DNA of 64,000 bases. Source: Negaprion brevirostris (lineage: Eukaryota). The notes under the pieces are model-generated. The model saw nothing but the letters and a program-made list of their open reading frames with translations, did no database searches and was not told where the DNA came from. This document shows positions 50,201 through 63,055 of the stretch, piece after piece. The position numbers were made by a program, and so were the translations under genes. Numbering within the stretch: the stretch's first letter is position 1; every line of letters begins with the position of its first letter. Where the stretch lies: assembly GCA_030324005.1 (NCBI GenBank), contig JARDVH010000084.1, positions 56,367,879 to 56,431,878 of the forward strand, read 5' to 3'.

Positions 50201-53200
50201 ATTTTCTGTACAAAATTAATTATTGGTGAGGATGTCAAGTCCCTGGGATATTAAAGGTGGTAATTAGTCCTATGTCTTCCCCAGGAACACATTATTTATC
50301 TGTTTTCAGAGAGGTTTTCAAAATCCTTTTGGCAATGGATAGATGCATACATTGCAATGCCTCCTTGAAAATGAGAGAAAAAAAGACTCGATACTGTTGC
50401 TTTCTAAACTTTAGAAGCAAAATTACACAGTTGTTCTTTCATGACTTAAAGTGCTTACTTGTCAAAGCATGAGATTGTATACAGTCATGATCTTTGTGAC
50501 TTTTTTCTGTGCAGTTCTGCTTAGTCTTTCACTTCTAGAAATGATCTATTAGTTACACAATTTTATGGATGACTAAAAGTAATCTTCAAGTCCTTGCACT
50601 TGCTTCTACACTGTGTGTCTCTTTGGATGTCTTTTCAAAGTGCGGTATTTATATAATGCAGGATGTGAGTTTCANNNNNNNNNNNNNNNNNNNNNNNNNN
50701 NNNNNNNNNNNNGAAATCCAAAGATTTTGCCAATCTTTCGCTGTTTGACTCTTAGCTATCTTTCATTATTCTGGTCATGCTATTCAATGAATACAGTCAT
50801 TCAACAGAAGATTGAAATAATTGATCCCATAAATCTCTTCAATTGGAGCCTCTACAGCCAGTTCAACACCAAGAACTAAGCAACTGCAGGTAACAAATGA
50901 GCTTAGAAACTCAATCTTAAACAGCGGTGACTTCTTTAGTTTATTCAAACATCACTGCGCATTCTTATCTAAATTTCTTGCAGCTCTCTCGTTGTCCCAC
51001 AATTTTCAAAGTTTCCAGAAGATCTAAGTCAATTATACTGCCTGCGGCTCTATTAATAAAAGTTCAATCAAGCCCAGGAAGACAATGATCAGTTTATATT
51101 TTCAAAACGTGTCATGCAGATGCAAATCAATGTACACAGGTTACAGAGGATTGTGTTTTCATTAATGAAAATATGTGTTGATTCCCTATTATTTTTATTC
51201 AGAACACCCTTCACTATCAAATGCGCACAACTTGCCTTGTGTCCCAGGATATTTTGTCAGTTTTCATTCTGAAAATTACTTTCTTCTCTTTTTTTCTTCT
51301 TCTAACAAATATATTTACACATTAGTTTATACTTTAAGTGGAGGGATCCTCGCAAACTTTGATATTTTTGCAAACTGAGCATTCCAGATAGGGACTCTCC
51401 AAAGCTGGTGCATCTTTGAAATATTATATATCTATTGCTCACTGGTCCTGGAATTGGGGAGTTGAGAACAAACCACAGATTCAACGAGACTGCCCAAGGT
51501 CAGTCCAGGGTTCACATCTCCATGTTCTGGCGTAACCCGCCTATCACGTTCAGAAATGTGTTTGTCTAGCAATCAAGGTCACTTTCAATCACAATCAAAA
51601 TTTCACAGAAAGATGCTTCCAGCAGTTGGTTGCATACTGTAGAATGTTTAGTTTTAACATTTGTAATTTACCCTTTTTTTTCATTAGACAGGTATGAGAA
51701 CAAAGTTGTTTGCAACTGGTTTTCAGGGATCTTAAGTTACACACAGAAGGTAGCAGTGCAACTATATCCATTTTAACTCTGTCACTGCCTAACTTTCATT
51801 TAGTTTTTTTTATCAATTCTACTTTGTATTAATTAATCTGAATTAAAGTTTTGAATTATGATTCAATTGCCATATTGCCATATATCTCCCAGCTTCCTAA
51901 CCACAATCTGAGACAAACAAACCCAAATTGTGATAATGCGAAACATATGCCATTACATAAATTGGAATACAGCTTGCTACACTATGAACTTTCCAATACA
52001 GATCCCTCAAGCATGGCTATAAGACAGAAAACATGGTAAAATAATAAAGCTTTTAGTATTCAACTGTGAACTGTGGGCTGACCCTTTTGAAAAGCCCTGT
52101 GTGATCAATAGTTGACCATCTGCTGTGACTTGCTGCTATATTTCCAAACTATGGCATTGTGTGATCTGTGAGCTCACAAGTTTCTGTCACACACCAAAGA
52201 TAATGTGGCCAGCAAGCTAATGTTGGCTGTTGCAGTGTACCACTTTGATTCTTCTTACTTTTCAATGAGGATGCCTTGCTCCTTCTGTGCACCCTTACCT
52301 ACTTTGTAGAAATGAGTGTTCATAATGTTCAATGTTACTTGATATCCTACCTCCACTCTTGCCTTTCACTGGGTGTGTTTCACCATTCAGCATGCACTGT
52401 GCTAAGATAAATATTGGCAAACATCAGTTTGGATTGCTTCCACCAATTAGCTATCCCCACACAGAGTACAACACATAGATCAATCCACTTAATGATTAGT
52501 CACAGAACTTTTATCAGAGTCCGAGTGTGATCTGTTTCAAATTGCCACAAAAAAATCAAGTCTCTATCTAAACAGCCAGTGTTACCAATTTCTTTCATTC
52601 TCCACACTCTGAAAAATGACCAAGTGGATGTTACTTGTGATATCTTCATAGTTCATTGGAATACCAACTCTCACTGGCTCATCTTTGAAGAATAACCATT
52701 TGGGTACAATATCAAAAGGTGGCCAAAACAAGTGGAGCCACCAATATTGGTTTCCCTTTAGTCTCATGCCCAAACAACACTTTTAATCTGAGCCAGCCTA
52801 TTCAACTGAGAGGTCATCAATGGTAACTTAATGATCTTCTCACCTAATATACTGAGGAACTTGCATTCCTCAGTATGTGATACTAGATAGGGATTTCAAA
52901 TATTACACAGAAGCACTGACATAATTTGTATCATCCTAGCCAAGTTCAGCTATCTCAGTGCAGATGAAGAATCAAACCTGAAACTACCCTGGCCTGTACA
53001 GCTCAGTACCAAAGCAGATAGTGAAACTTCTAATGAAACCACTAAGCAGCCTTATTTTCAGTTTTTATGAGTTGTATTTCCTCATTTTTAAAGGTCATTT
53101 TGTATTGCCTTTAAACTTGTTCAAAAGAAGGGATTTTTTCAGTTCAAATGGAAAAAATTAGACCATAATAGGTTCCTCGAAGTTTCCTTTGATCAGTGGC

Positions 53201-55254
53201 CAATGTAAAGGGCAGTTTCAGGCTCAGGATGCTTCATTAGTTACAGGATGAATGTTTCTTTATCTATTTCCAATTAGATGTATCATATTGAAATTAAGAA
53301 ATTGTTTATTGCAGTTGAGACCGAAGTTAGTACCTGAAAGGCCTGAGATCTCCCTCGATGATGCTCAAAGTCATTCTGCTTTCAGTTTTTTTAAAGGTCC
53401 ATGATTCTGAAGGTACTCACGATTTGTAATGTGTGCCCTCCTCAGCCAATGTAGTTCGGCTCAAATCCATTCAAATGTGGACACTGGGATTAAATTTTAC
53501 CTGAGCTCAATTAGTATTCCTAAAATGCTCTCAAGATTTTATAAAAATAGAGGGCGGGGTACAGCAGGAAGTCGTATGAATGGGGAACATAAGAGGGGCA
53601 ACAGTGGTTTATACAAAGGATACACTCTGGGGATCTACTGGGGTGCAGATGGCAAGCATGTTACCGGTACACAATATAGTAGAGAATGTACTGGGGGCGG
53701 GGAATTTCCATTTCTCATTTCTCCAAACTTTAAGGTATGTTCTTAGTCTATGGTCTACTCTTTATTTGCATCCTGTAACCTCTATATCCCACAGTGCATT
53801 ATTTATACCAGCGCCTTTGCTGCCCCCATAGTGAATTGCGGTGTCACTCCATTCCAGTTGTGCTGAGTCAGGCTGCGGGCAGGGAAGCTGTGGTATTAAT
53901 GAGCTGTTACAGGAAGTTCCCTTTTAACAGGATTGCCTTTGAGGTTACTGAAATCTAATGGTTGACATGACCAAAACAAATAGTAACAAATGTACGTTTT
54001 AAACAAATACGCATTAAGCAAGCCAATGTTTTCAAAAAAATTAGACAAATTAACGAGTAGCCTTGTAACCTACATCTAACGATGTGGTTGCAAGTGGGAA
54101 TCTCATTAAATGCACTACAGTATTATGTAACAAGCCACATTGGGAGGTCATACACTTCTATTTTAATATAAAACTTAAACTATTAACACTGAATTTAACC
54201 TGTTTCTCATCCCCTCCGTCAAAAAAAACCTGGCGACTCCGTGTCCTGCCATAGTAATTTTTTATTGAACTGGCCTGTTCCTTGTGTATGGGACTTTGTA
54301 TGTCAGGCCATTCGATTAGATGGGGCATTTCAGTTTGATTTAATTGCCATCTGACACTTTGTAGCAGGAGTAACTGGATAGTCGTGGGGATTGGAAACCT
54401 TGATTCATTCTTGCCCATCCCAAGACAGAAGTAAGATTCCTGCTGCTTCCTACTGGGAATCAAACCTGGGGTCTCCTTGGTGTGCACTGAGCTTGGGACT
54501 TCACCAGGTGACGCATGTTGCCATTGCAGTCAGAAGAGCAGACACCCTGCAGACCGCCTGCCTTAGAAACTCACTGTCAACAGATGTACTGTTGCAGAAT
54601 CCTGCTTGAATGGACATTATGTACTTTGATGATTTCACAGCACACACCCACACATTTATCATGAAACAACAGTGATTAAACTAGAGGACATGTGTACAGA
54701 CCCCGAATTCTGCACTATGAAGGTCATTGCTGTAACACTAACTTCCCAGAAAAGCAAGGAATGCTCTGTTGACCAATGAAGTGAGCGTGCTGTGCAGCAT
54801 TTGTATCCCTGCAGTTTGAACCTCTGTATTTTTTTTGAGTCACACTCCATGAACTATGCATTGAATCAGCCCATAAGGACATGCAGGTCACCTCAGGATT
54901 TTGCTAATATTGTCTTCAACATTCCCTTTGAAATGATGCAAGAATAAGGCTCCTGATATCATGTTTCCCAATTTCCTTAAGTCACTTCTCGCCTCCAAAT
55001 GATTCGCCAACACTGGATGCCTCGTCGTAGCAAGGTCAAGATCTATGCGGAATGGAGGAACTGATATTGTATTTCCCATTCCTCTCTTGGACCGCTTGCC
55101 ATGCTGCAGTATGCTCCTGTTTGGATGAGGAACACATGGGCAATGATGTGGTGACATTTTGCCTAAAAAAAACCTCTGGTATCGGGGCTTTCACGCCCTC
55201 GTCCCAAAGCGGTTCAGAGCCACTGAAATTCGTTGAAATGTCGTTACTTTTGTG

Positions 55255-55560
55255 GGAAGTTAAGCAGCCAGCATAGTCAAGGACATCACGCAGCCCGGAT
55301 ATACTCTCACCTTCGTCTATCGGGATAAGGATACAAAAGTCTAAAGTCAGTTACCAACCGACTCGAGAAAAGCTTCTTCCATGCTGCTAGCAAACTTTTG
55401 GATGGACCTACCTCGTATTAAGTTACTCTTTCTCAACACCGTAGCTATGACTGTGATACTACATTCTGCACCCTCTCTTACTATGTGCTTTGTGGGTGTA
55501 GCGTGCAAGAAACAATACTTTTCATTGTATCTAATACATGTAATAATAATGAATCAAAAC
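55255..55560 (+). mobile_element. Rex1/Babar-like LINE 3' end
   Basis: ggaagttaagcagccagcatagtcaaggac...accaaccgactcgagaaaagcttcttcc...gcaagaaacaatacttttcattg. Confidence 0.8.
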
Positions 55561-56039
55561 CATCTCCCTAGATGGTTTATCCAGTCATAGAGCAGATTTG
55601 GCATACAATCTGTACTGAGCCAGCTAACCTTAAAGGGGACAGTGGGAGGGACATACAATTAGCTTAATCACTTTGAGGATCAGATAAGGGTCCTGCTGCT
55701 GATGGCTATCCAAGCACCCTTGCTGAGGTTAGGGGGTAGACACTAGGTAAGGATAGAACCCAATAAAGCTATGTTCTCAAACAAAAATAGAAAATGCTGT
55801 TTTTGGGGCAAGAATAGAATCAATGTTTTGAGTCTGGAAGCTGTGACCAAGGGTCATCCATTCTCCAAACATTGGCTTTATTCTCTCGTCACAGACTGTC
55901 AGACCTGCTGAAATTTTCCAGCATTGTTTGTGTTTCAGATTCCAGCATCCACAGTATTTCGCCTTTATCACAGTTACGTTCTCCCTGTGTACAGCTTTTT
56001 AGCCACAGGTGATTCAAGCCCTTCCCTTTTCACTTCTTC

Positions 56040-56350
56040 TTTCATTCAGGGAATGTGGGCATCACTGAGGGGCCGGGGGAGGCGGAGAGCACTTATTGCC
56101 CATCCCTTAGTGAGTGGCTATATTAAGAGTCGACCTGTTGATCTGGAGTCACATGTAGACATGGAGTCACATTGGTGAACCAGATTGTATTTTATGACAA
56201 TGGACAATGGTTTCATGGCCATCATTAGAAATTTGTTGAATTCAAATTTCAACCTACTGCAGCACAATGCATTCACAATTGGATTCAAACCTGTGTCCCC
56301 ATAGGATTGTCCTAGCCCTCTGGATTATTAGCCCAGTGCACAACTGCCTC
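56040..56350 (-). mobile_element. tRNA-derived SINE (27225 family)
   Basis: ttcattcagggaatgtgggcatcactg...tctggagtcacatgtagac...ggtgaaccagat...gaattcaaatttc...ggattcaaacc. Confidence 0.7.
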
Positions 56351-57149
56351 CTCCAAGGCATCTTCTCTCTTGTTTAGGGTAAATCCAGCTATGTACAATC
56401 TGATAGGTTTGTTTGATCTTAAATATAGCTTCAAACTTATGTATAGTCCTGGAACAGGATCAGAATTTTCTACTTCCACAACATCAACTAGCCATCCATC
56501 CTGCCNNNNNNNNNNNNNNNNNNNNNNNNNNNNNNNNCCTCCCTCCCCCCACCCAACCCCCCACCCCAGCCTCTACTCAAACTCTCAGCAGCCGGAGCCT
56601 CAAAGCCTCACTGGCCTTGCAGGTTTAACCCACCAGCAAATCATTCAAACTGTGTCCTGTCCATTCAATGTCTTTGTAAACTTAGATTGACTCCCTATCC
56701 CCCGTGCAGTGATTTTAAACTTGTTTTCACTCTTTAGTAACAGTACTGTGATCTTCTTCCACTCTGCTCCAAGCTGGCAGTGTTCTGAGTGACTGGGAAT
56801 CCCCCAGAAGAGACATTGCTCAAAGTTCTGCACTGGCATTTTTATCCAGATCTTTCTTCCTCATGCAACTTCTCAAAACTCTTGTGAATGCTTGCCATTT
56901 TTAAGGAATTTTATAAATTGAGATTCTTGTTGAACAATCTCAATATGAAAGAGCAGAGCTATGTAAAGACAACCCCTCTCCACCCGAAGCAGCTAAAGAA
57001 GNNNNNNNNNNAGAGACATTAATAAACTGGTGGCAGAAATCTCCACCTCAAAGTCCACACGATTTACAAACATGAAGCGCCCTTGAATTGGTTAGAAACA
57101 AGCTCAGCACCACAGAGCAGCAATCCTACTGATTATTCAACATTTTTCT

Positions 57150-57900
57150 CCTCAGCCCAGATTCCAAATTCGGACTCGACCCCAAACCCCAGCCCCTGCT
57201 CTGAACCCAGCTTCAACCCCAACCCTGATCCCACCACCAGTGCCAGACCCAAGCCCTGATCCCCCAACCTCCAACAACAGCCCTAACCCCAAACCCAACC
57301 TCAACCTCAGCCCTCNNNNNNNNNNNNNNNNNNNNNNNNNNNNNNNNNNNNNNNNNNNNNNNNNNNNNNNNNNNNNNNNNNNNNNNNNNNNNNNNNNNNN
57401 NNNNNNNNNNNNNNNCAACTCCCAACAACAGCCCTGACCCCAAACCCAACCCCAGCCCAGATGCCAGACCCAAGCCTGACCCCCCAACTTCAATTCCAGT
57501 CCTGACCCGAACCCCAGCCCTGATGCCAGACCCTAGCCCACATCCCTGATCCCTGCCCCAACCCTAACCCCAGCACCAGCCATGATACCAGCTTCGATTC
57601 CCGAACCTAGCCCCCATTGCTGAGCCCAACCCTGATCCTGGCCCCAGTCCCAAGCCCAGACCCCACCCACAACTCCAGCCCCAACTCTGACCTCAGCCCC
57701 GATTCCTAATCCCAAACCTGACCCCAGTCCTGACCAAGGCCCCAGCCCCTAGCCCCTAGCCCCCACCCCGACCCTAACCCCTGCCCCAATCCCTGACCCC
57801 AGACCATGACCCCAGCCCCAATTCAAGATTTTGACACAATCCTAATCTGCAGCCTGAACCCAGTCCAGGCTCATACCCCTTCTCTCTGACCCCCTCTACC
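57150..57900. repeat. Degenerate C-rich hexamer minisatellite (CCCYRA / CCCCAG-like)
   Basis: Runs of accccaaaccccagccc, ccctgacccc and ccctaacccc units; contains an N gap. Confidence 0.85.
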
Positions 57901-57934
57901 AGCCTAGGCCTCTTCACCCATGGCAGCTTTAGTA

Positions 57935-59110
57935 TCCACCACAGTCTCATTGTCCATCCAGGTCTCACTGCCCACCCTGAGTGCCGTGTCCACCCCAATT
58001 TCACTGTCCACCCCAGTCTCACTGTGCATCCTGATCTCACTGTCCANNNNNNNNNNNNNNNNNNNNNNNNNNNNNNNNNNNNNNNNNNNNNNNNNNNNNN
58101 NNNNNNNNNNNNNNNNNNNNNNNNNNNNNNNNNNNNNNNNNNNNNNNNNNNNNNNNNNNNNNNNNNNNNNNNNNNNNNNNNNNNNNNNNNNNNNNNNNNN
58201 NNNNNNNNNNNNNGTCTCACTGTCCACCCAGTCTTACTGTCCACCCCAGTCTCACTGTCCATCCAGGTCTTACCGACCACCCGGTCTTACTGTCCAGCCC
58301 GGTCTTACTGTCCAGCCCAGTCTCACTGACCACCCCAGTCTCACTGTCCATCCAGGTCTCACTGACCACCCCAGTCTCACTGTCCATCCTTGTCTCACTG
58401 TCCATCACGTTGTCACTGTCCACCCAGACTCACTGACACCCCCAATCTCACTGTCCATCCTGGTCTCACTGTCCATCACATTCTCACTGTCCACCTGGTC
58501 TCACTGACCACCCCAGTCTCACTGTCCATCCAGGTGTCACTGACCACCCCAATATCACTGTCCATCCTGGTCTCACTGTCCATCACATTCTCACTGTCCA
58601 CTGGTCTCACTGACCACCCCAGTTTCACTGTTCTTCCAGTCTCACTGTCCACCCCAATTTCATGTCCATCCAGGTCTCACTGTCCACCCCAGTCTCACTG
58701 TCCATCTTGGTCTCATTGACCACCCCAGTTTCACTGTCCACCCCAATTTCACTGTCCATCCAGGTCTCACTGTCCACCCCAGTTTCACTGTCCATCCAGG
58801 TCTCACTGTCCACCCCAGGCTCCCTGTCCACCTCAATCTCACTTCCATCCAGGCCTCACTGTCCACCCCGGGCTCCCTGTCCACCCCAAACTCACTGTCC
58901 ATCTAGGTCTTTCTGTCCACCTTGGTCTCACTGTTCTTAGTGCCCACCCCAGCCTCACTGTCCACCTTGATCTCACTGTTCTTAATGCCCACCCCAGTCT
59001 CACTGTCCATCCCAGTCTCACTGTCCAGCCCATTCTTACTGTCCACTTGGTCTTACTGTCCAGCCCGGTCTCACTGTCTAACCTCACCCCGGTTTCACTG
59101 TCCATCCTGG
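57935..59110. repeat. 18-bp minisatellite, consensus approx. GTCTCACTGTCCACCCCA
   Basis: Dozens of tandem tctcactg(t/a)cca(c/t)cc units; the period of 18 produces the repetitive VSLSTP / WTVRLG / MDSETG ORFs. Confidence 0.95.
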
Positions 59111-59169
59111 CAGCAGGGGCTGGTTTTGTAGTGAGAGGGAGTATCTGCTCTGGTAGACCTGAAGTCACT

Positions 59170-59570
59170 TCATTCCTGTCTGGCACATCACCTTCTTCTT
59201 GTCATCTCTCATCGCCACGGGCTCCAACCTTCTTCCTTCATCCCATTTTGTCTCTTGGCTTTTTGCTTTTCTTTTCTGTCCCTCCCTCTCTATCCTTTCA
59301 CTGGATCTTTTTATTTTATCTGGTTTCTTTCTATTTCTTTCACTCCCTTCTTTTCTCTCCCACCCCTCCGATCTTTCTTTCACACACCCCCTTCTTGTTT
59401 TCATCTTCTTTTCTGCTCTCACTCTCAGGCTCTTTTCCATCACCCTTCTTTCTTTATTTCTCCGTCTTTTTCTCACCCACTCGCTTCATTTGTCCACCTT
59501 TGTCCCACCCATTCTCTCTCCGTCGTCTCCCTGTCTGGTTCTTCCCTTTTTATCTCTGTTGGGTTTATCC
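59170..59570 (+). repeat. Polypyrimidine low-complexity tract (~400 bp)
   Basis: Very strongly C/T-biased on the plus strand. Confidence 0.85.
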
Positions 59571-59939
59571 ATGTTCCAGCCGCTTGATATTATATTGTTT
59601 CCAACACTGGGAAGTTGTGGCAAGGAAAAAAGTTTTCTGTTATATTTTTGCAGTTCTTCTCTTCAGCCTGGTTGTAAGATGTTAGGTCCCAAATATTTGA
59701 ATCTACACATTTTACGCAAGATTTATTCACAGTCAGCAAATGAAATGTTTTGAAGAGCCCCCAGTGCAAAAAAACAAACTAAAAATCGAACTTAAAGCCT
59801 TGCAAAGTGCGCCATGTGCCTCTCTGTAAAGGGAAAGTGAGGGAAGTGGGACAATAAAGCGGTACATTGTGTAAATTACATTGCGATAAAGAATATGTTC
59901 GACCAGGAGCTTGAGAAATGCATTTCAAGTGTGAGCGAC

Positions 59940-59956
59940 GCGCCATCTGGTGGCAG
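59940..59956 (-). promoter_or_regulatory. Candidate CTCF site
   Basis: Minus strand reads CTGCCACCAGATGGCGC, fitting the CTCF core CCAC/GYAGRKGGCRC, in a locally CpG-retaining unique segment. Confidence 0.6.
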
Positions 59957-60884
59957 CTGCAAACGGCACGTCCGGAAAGGACATCACTTAATCTGCAGCA
60001 AATAATACTGCAGATAAAATCTGCAGTTAATGCTATGGCTCTTATCAAATTATCGTGTTGTGAATATTTTGTTGTTGCTGTTCTAGGGGAGAAACACAGT
60101 TAATGCTACAGATTTGAACTATCTGCCAACAAGCTGCCCTTCAGTTTATAGATAGGAACAATATGTAGGCACTACTAAGTATTAGCACTGTTGTGTGCAC
60201 AATCTGCAGTTATGTTATAGAAATGAGCACACGTTATGATTTAGGAACTCTACATTTAATAATATAGGAATAACTAATGGTGCAATGCTATAGAAATCTG
60301 CAGTCATTGTTTTTGGTACAATGTAGAGTTAAACTATGGGACTGATCATCAGCATTATTCCAGGAAATCTGCAGCCATTGCCGTAGGTACAATCTGCTTC
60401 CAACAGTGCTTTTCTTTTATATACAGACAAAACAATCTAATTGTTCTGAAAATAAATCTTATAATGACAGACTATATTTAGGTTAACAACTAGTTACAGG
60501 AAGCAGCCTCAAATTACAAATTGTACATTTTCATGTTTTGGCATGTATTTCTTTCTTGAAGGTGTGTTTTGTAGAAAGCAATTCCAGTTTATACCTGCTG
60601 AATTCAGATAAGGAAGCTTGTTTCGGCAACAATGGAATGAAAGGACTGTAAGATAGTTTGAATCATTCACAAGGATAATAAGAACCCTTGGAGGGTTCGT
60701 CTGCAAAAAAGGATTTGATCTGGGAAAACCTGCAGTTGGATAAAAGATTTTCCCTCCTTCAGATTCCCTCTTATTTTTACCCTTCCTTTTCAGAAGCTGG
60801 AGGCTCATCCTGTCATACTGTTCTGCAGTGCCAGAAGCAATTTCTTCATGTTTGTGCAGAAGTGTGATTCCCAAAAGATTTTTC

Positions 60885-61060
60885 CCCCCTCTCCCTAGCC
60901 TAAGCCTACAATGGATGCCGGTTGTAGACCTCACTACTGCTGCTGCTCCAGCTAAGATCAGCCAACTCAGCACAAATCACGGATTGGATCAAGGACTCGC
61001 CTGATCTATATGATTTATTACCAGGCCGGACAATGATTTAATTGGCTGAGCCATTGAGAA
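60885..61060 (-). mobile_element. LF-SINE-like head relic
   Basis: ctccctagcc...gccggttgtag...gctaagatcagccaactcagcacaaatc. Confidence 0.55.
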
Positions 61061-61484
61061 GCCATTTGTTTTTTGTAAAAATGTTTAAAGTACACAATTG
61101 TATTTCTGATTTCCATTGAGTACAGTGACTGTACTAAAAGAAAATTTAGAACTCTCCTGGGTTACCTATTGCTTGATTTGATGAACTTTTTCCATTCACA
61201 GAGTTCAATCAATTCTAGAGACCTGAAGCTAGAAACCACTTAGATCCAATTCCATCTTATTACAAGTATGATGTAAGTGTTTTGGAAGTCTCTGCATTTT
61301 GTTTTGTGTATAATGTTTGATAATGTCTATGGCTGTGACATGATCATTTCAGTGCACCTTATAAAGCTATTTTTTAAACACTGCACAATGGTTTCATGCA
61401 GAAAGCCATCATGAAGTCAGAAGGACAAAGGTTCATATTTTGTTCTGTACTAAGTTATCTGTTCTCAGTTAGAGCAGTGAAAAG

Positions 61485-61980
61485 GTCTCGCCATCTTTTG
61501 GAGAGGGTGTAACAAAGGTTTACTAGATTGATTTCTGAGATGAGAATGCTGAGGAAAGGTTGAGTATAATAGGCCTGTGTTTGCTGGAGTTTGGCAGAAT
61601 GAGAGGTGATCCCATTGAAACATATAAAATTTTGAGGGCTTGACAGGGTAAGCTGCCCAGAGGCTGTTTCCCGTGACTGGGGAATTTAGCACTAAGGGTC
61701 ATAACCTCATGACAAGGGGGTCAGCCAATTAGGACTGACATGGAGAGAAATTTCATTTTCAGAGGGTTGAGAATCTTTGGAATTCTCTACACCAGATGGT
61801 TTTGGATGACCAATTTGTTTTTAGTATATTCCAGACTGAGATCAACAAATTACAATCACAAAGGAAATGGGGATAGGGTGGGAGAGTGGAATTAACACTG
61901 ATGTTCAGCCATTGACTGACAGTATGGCAGAACAGACTTGAAAGGCTGAATGGCATTCTCCTATTCCCACTTTTTATGCA
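61485..61980 (+). mobile_element. CR1 LINE 3' fragment
   Basis: aaggtttactagattg...gaatgagaggtgatcccattgaaacatataaaattttgagggcttgacaggg...gaatctttggaattctctac...ggctgaatggc. Confidence 0.85.
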
Positions 61981-62769
61981 AGAAAAAATATATACTTGAT
62001 CACAATTCAATGATTTTAATAGCATCATAGAATGATTACAGCACAGGAGGCCATTCAGCCCATCGTATCTGTGACAGACATATTATTGAAATGTTTGTGG
62101 GCTTCAGGTGAAGTTGTGACTAGATTCTGTTGTGATGCCATTAACAGCTGAGTAGCCTAGAGCCAATTCTTAAAAATGGTCACCTGAATTATGCATTGGA
62201 AAGTAGCTTGAGCTGTAGCAACAATCAGCAGTTTCAGAACTTTTAGCAAATTGGAAGGAAAAAGCTTGTAATTGAAAGCATTGTACTTGTCACTGATTGT
62301 ATGACAAAGGTTTTAAAAAATAAAAACCTTGGAGACCCCAGAAGACTGAAAAGCAACCAACTCAGCAGCAATTAATAAGAAACTTTGGGAATTCTAGACC
62401 AATGAACTCGACCTCAGATTTAGTAAAATCAAGTGATTATTGCAAAGGACTCAATTCAGGGTCAACCTTTGAAAATAAAGATGAGACATAAACCTAACAT
62501 TGATTTACAACTGAGATCATGCCCTACTAGTTAATTAGATTTTTCTTTCCTGAAGAATGTGACTTAGCATTTGGTACACAATTTAAAAAGAGCAACATTT
62601 TGTGTGACTTTCTAAAGACATTTGATACATCACCTACTTTGAAATACTTCATGAGGTAGTGAAGGTGAAATTTCAGCCATGGAATGCTGCAAAAGCTGAA
62701 ACAAACAATGTTTTGACAACATAAACTGAGAGAAATAATTATTATTTGGGACCGAGTAAATGCACTATA

Positions 62770-63055
62770 TAGTCTTGCAATATATAGTCAAAGGTTCAAT
62801 TTGCATGTGCTGAACTAGCTGATCTCAATCCAGATAGAAATAGGTATGACACAAAATGAGCAAAATCCAGTCCTCATCTGACATCCAGATATGAGTACCT
62901 TTCAGACATACCCACTGGATAACCTTCAGAAACCCAACTTGTCTTTTATTTCTGAGCCAATTGAGCAGAGGCCAATGATAGCTCCTCTGCTACCACTCTG
63001 ACTACAGTCAGCTAACACAAAATGAGAAATCAAACCTGGGGATATTCCTAATCTG
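62770..63055. mobile_element. Two LF-SINE-like heads in opposite orientation
   Basis: ggttcaatt..gtgctgaactagctgatctc on plus; gaggccaatgatagc...gtcagctaacac...aatcaaacctgggg on minus. Confidence 0.5.

Noticed and set aside
57150-57900. Interstitial telomere repeat
   Set aside because: Exact CCCTAA units are rare; this is a degenerate C-rich hexamer array.
57774-59186. Repetitive ORFs (VSLSTP, WTVRLG, MDSETG) and possible CRISPR-like array
   Set aside because: Products of an 18-bp tandem minisatellite; no unique spacers, eukaryotic context, no cas genes.
59047-59753. Phe/Leu/Ser-rich ORFs of 212 and 184 aa resembling membrane proteins
   Set aside because: Translation of a polypyrimidine tract, which is depleted of stop codons by composition.
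60509-60973. 154-aa minus ORF with signal-peptide-like start
   Set aside because: Starts inside an LF-SINE-like relic at a non-ATG codon; no recognisable homology or splice structure.
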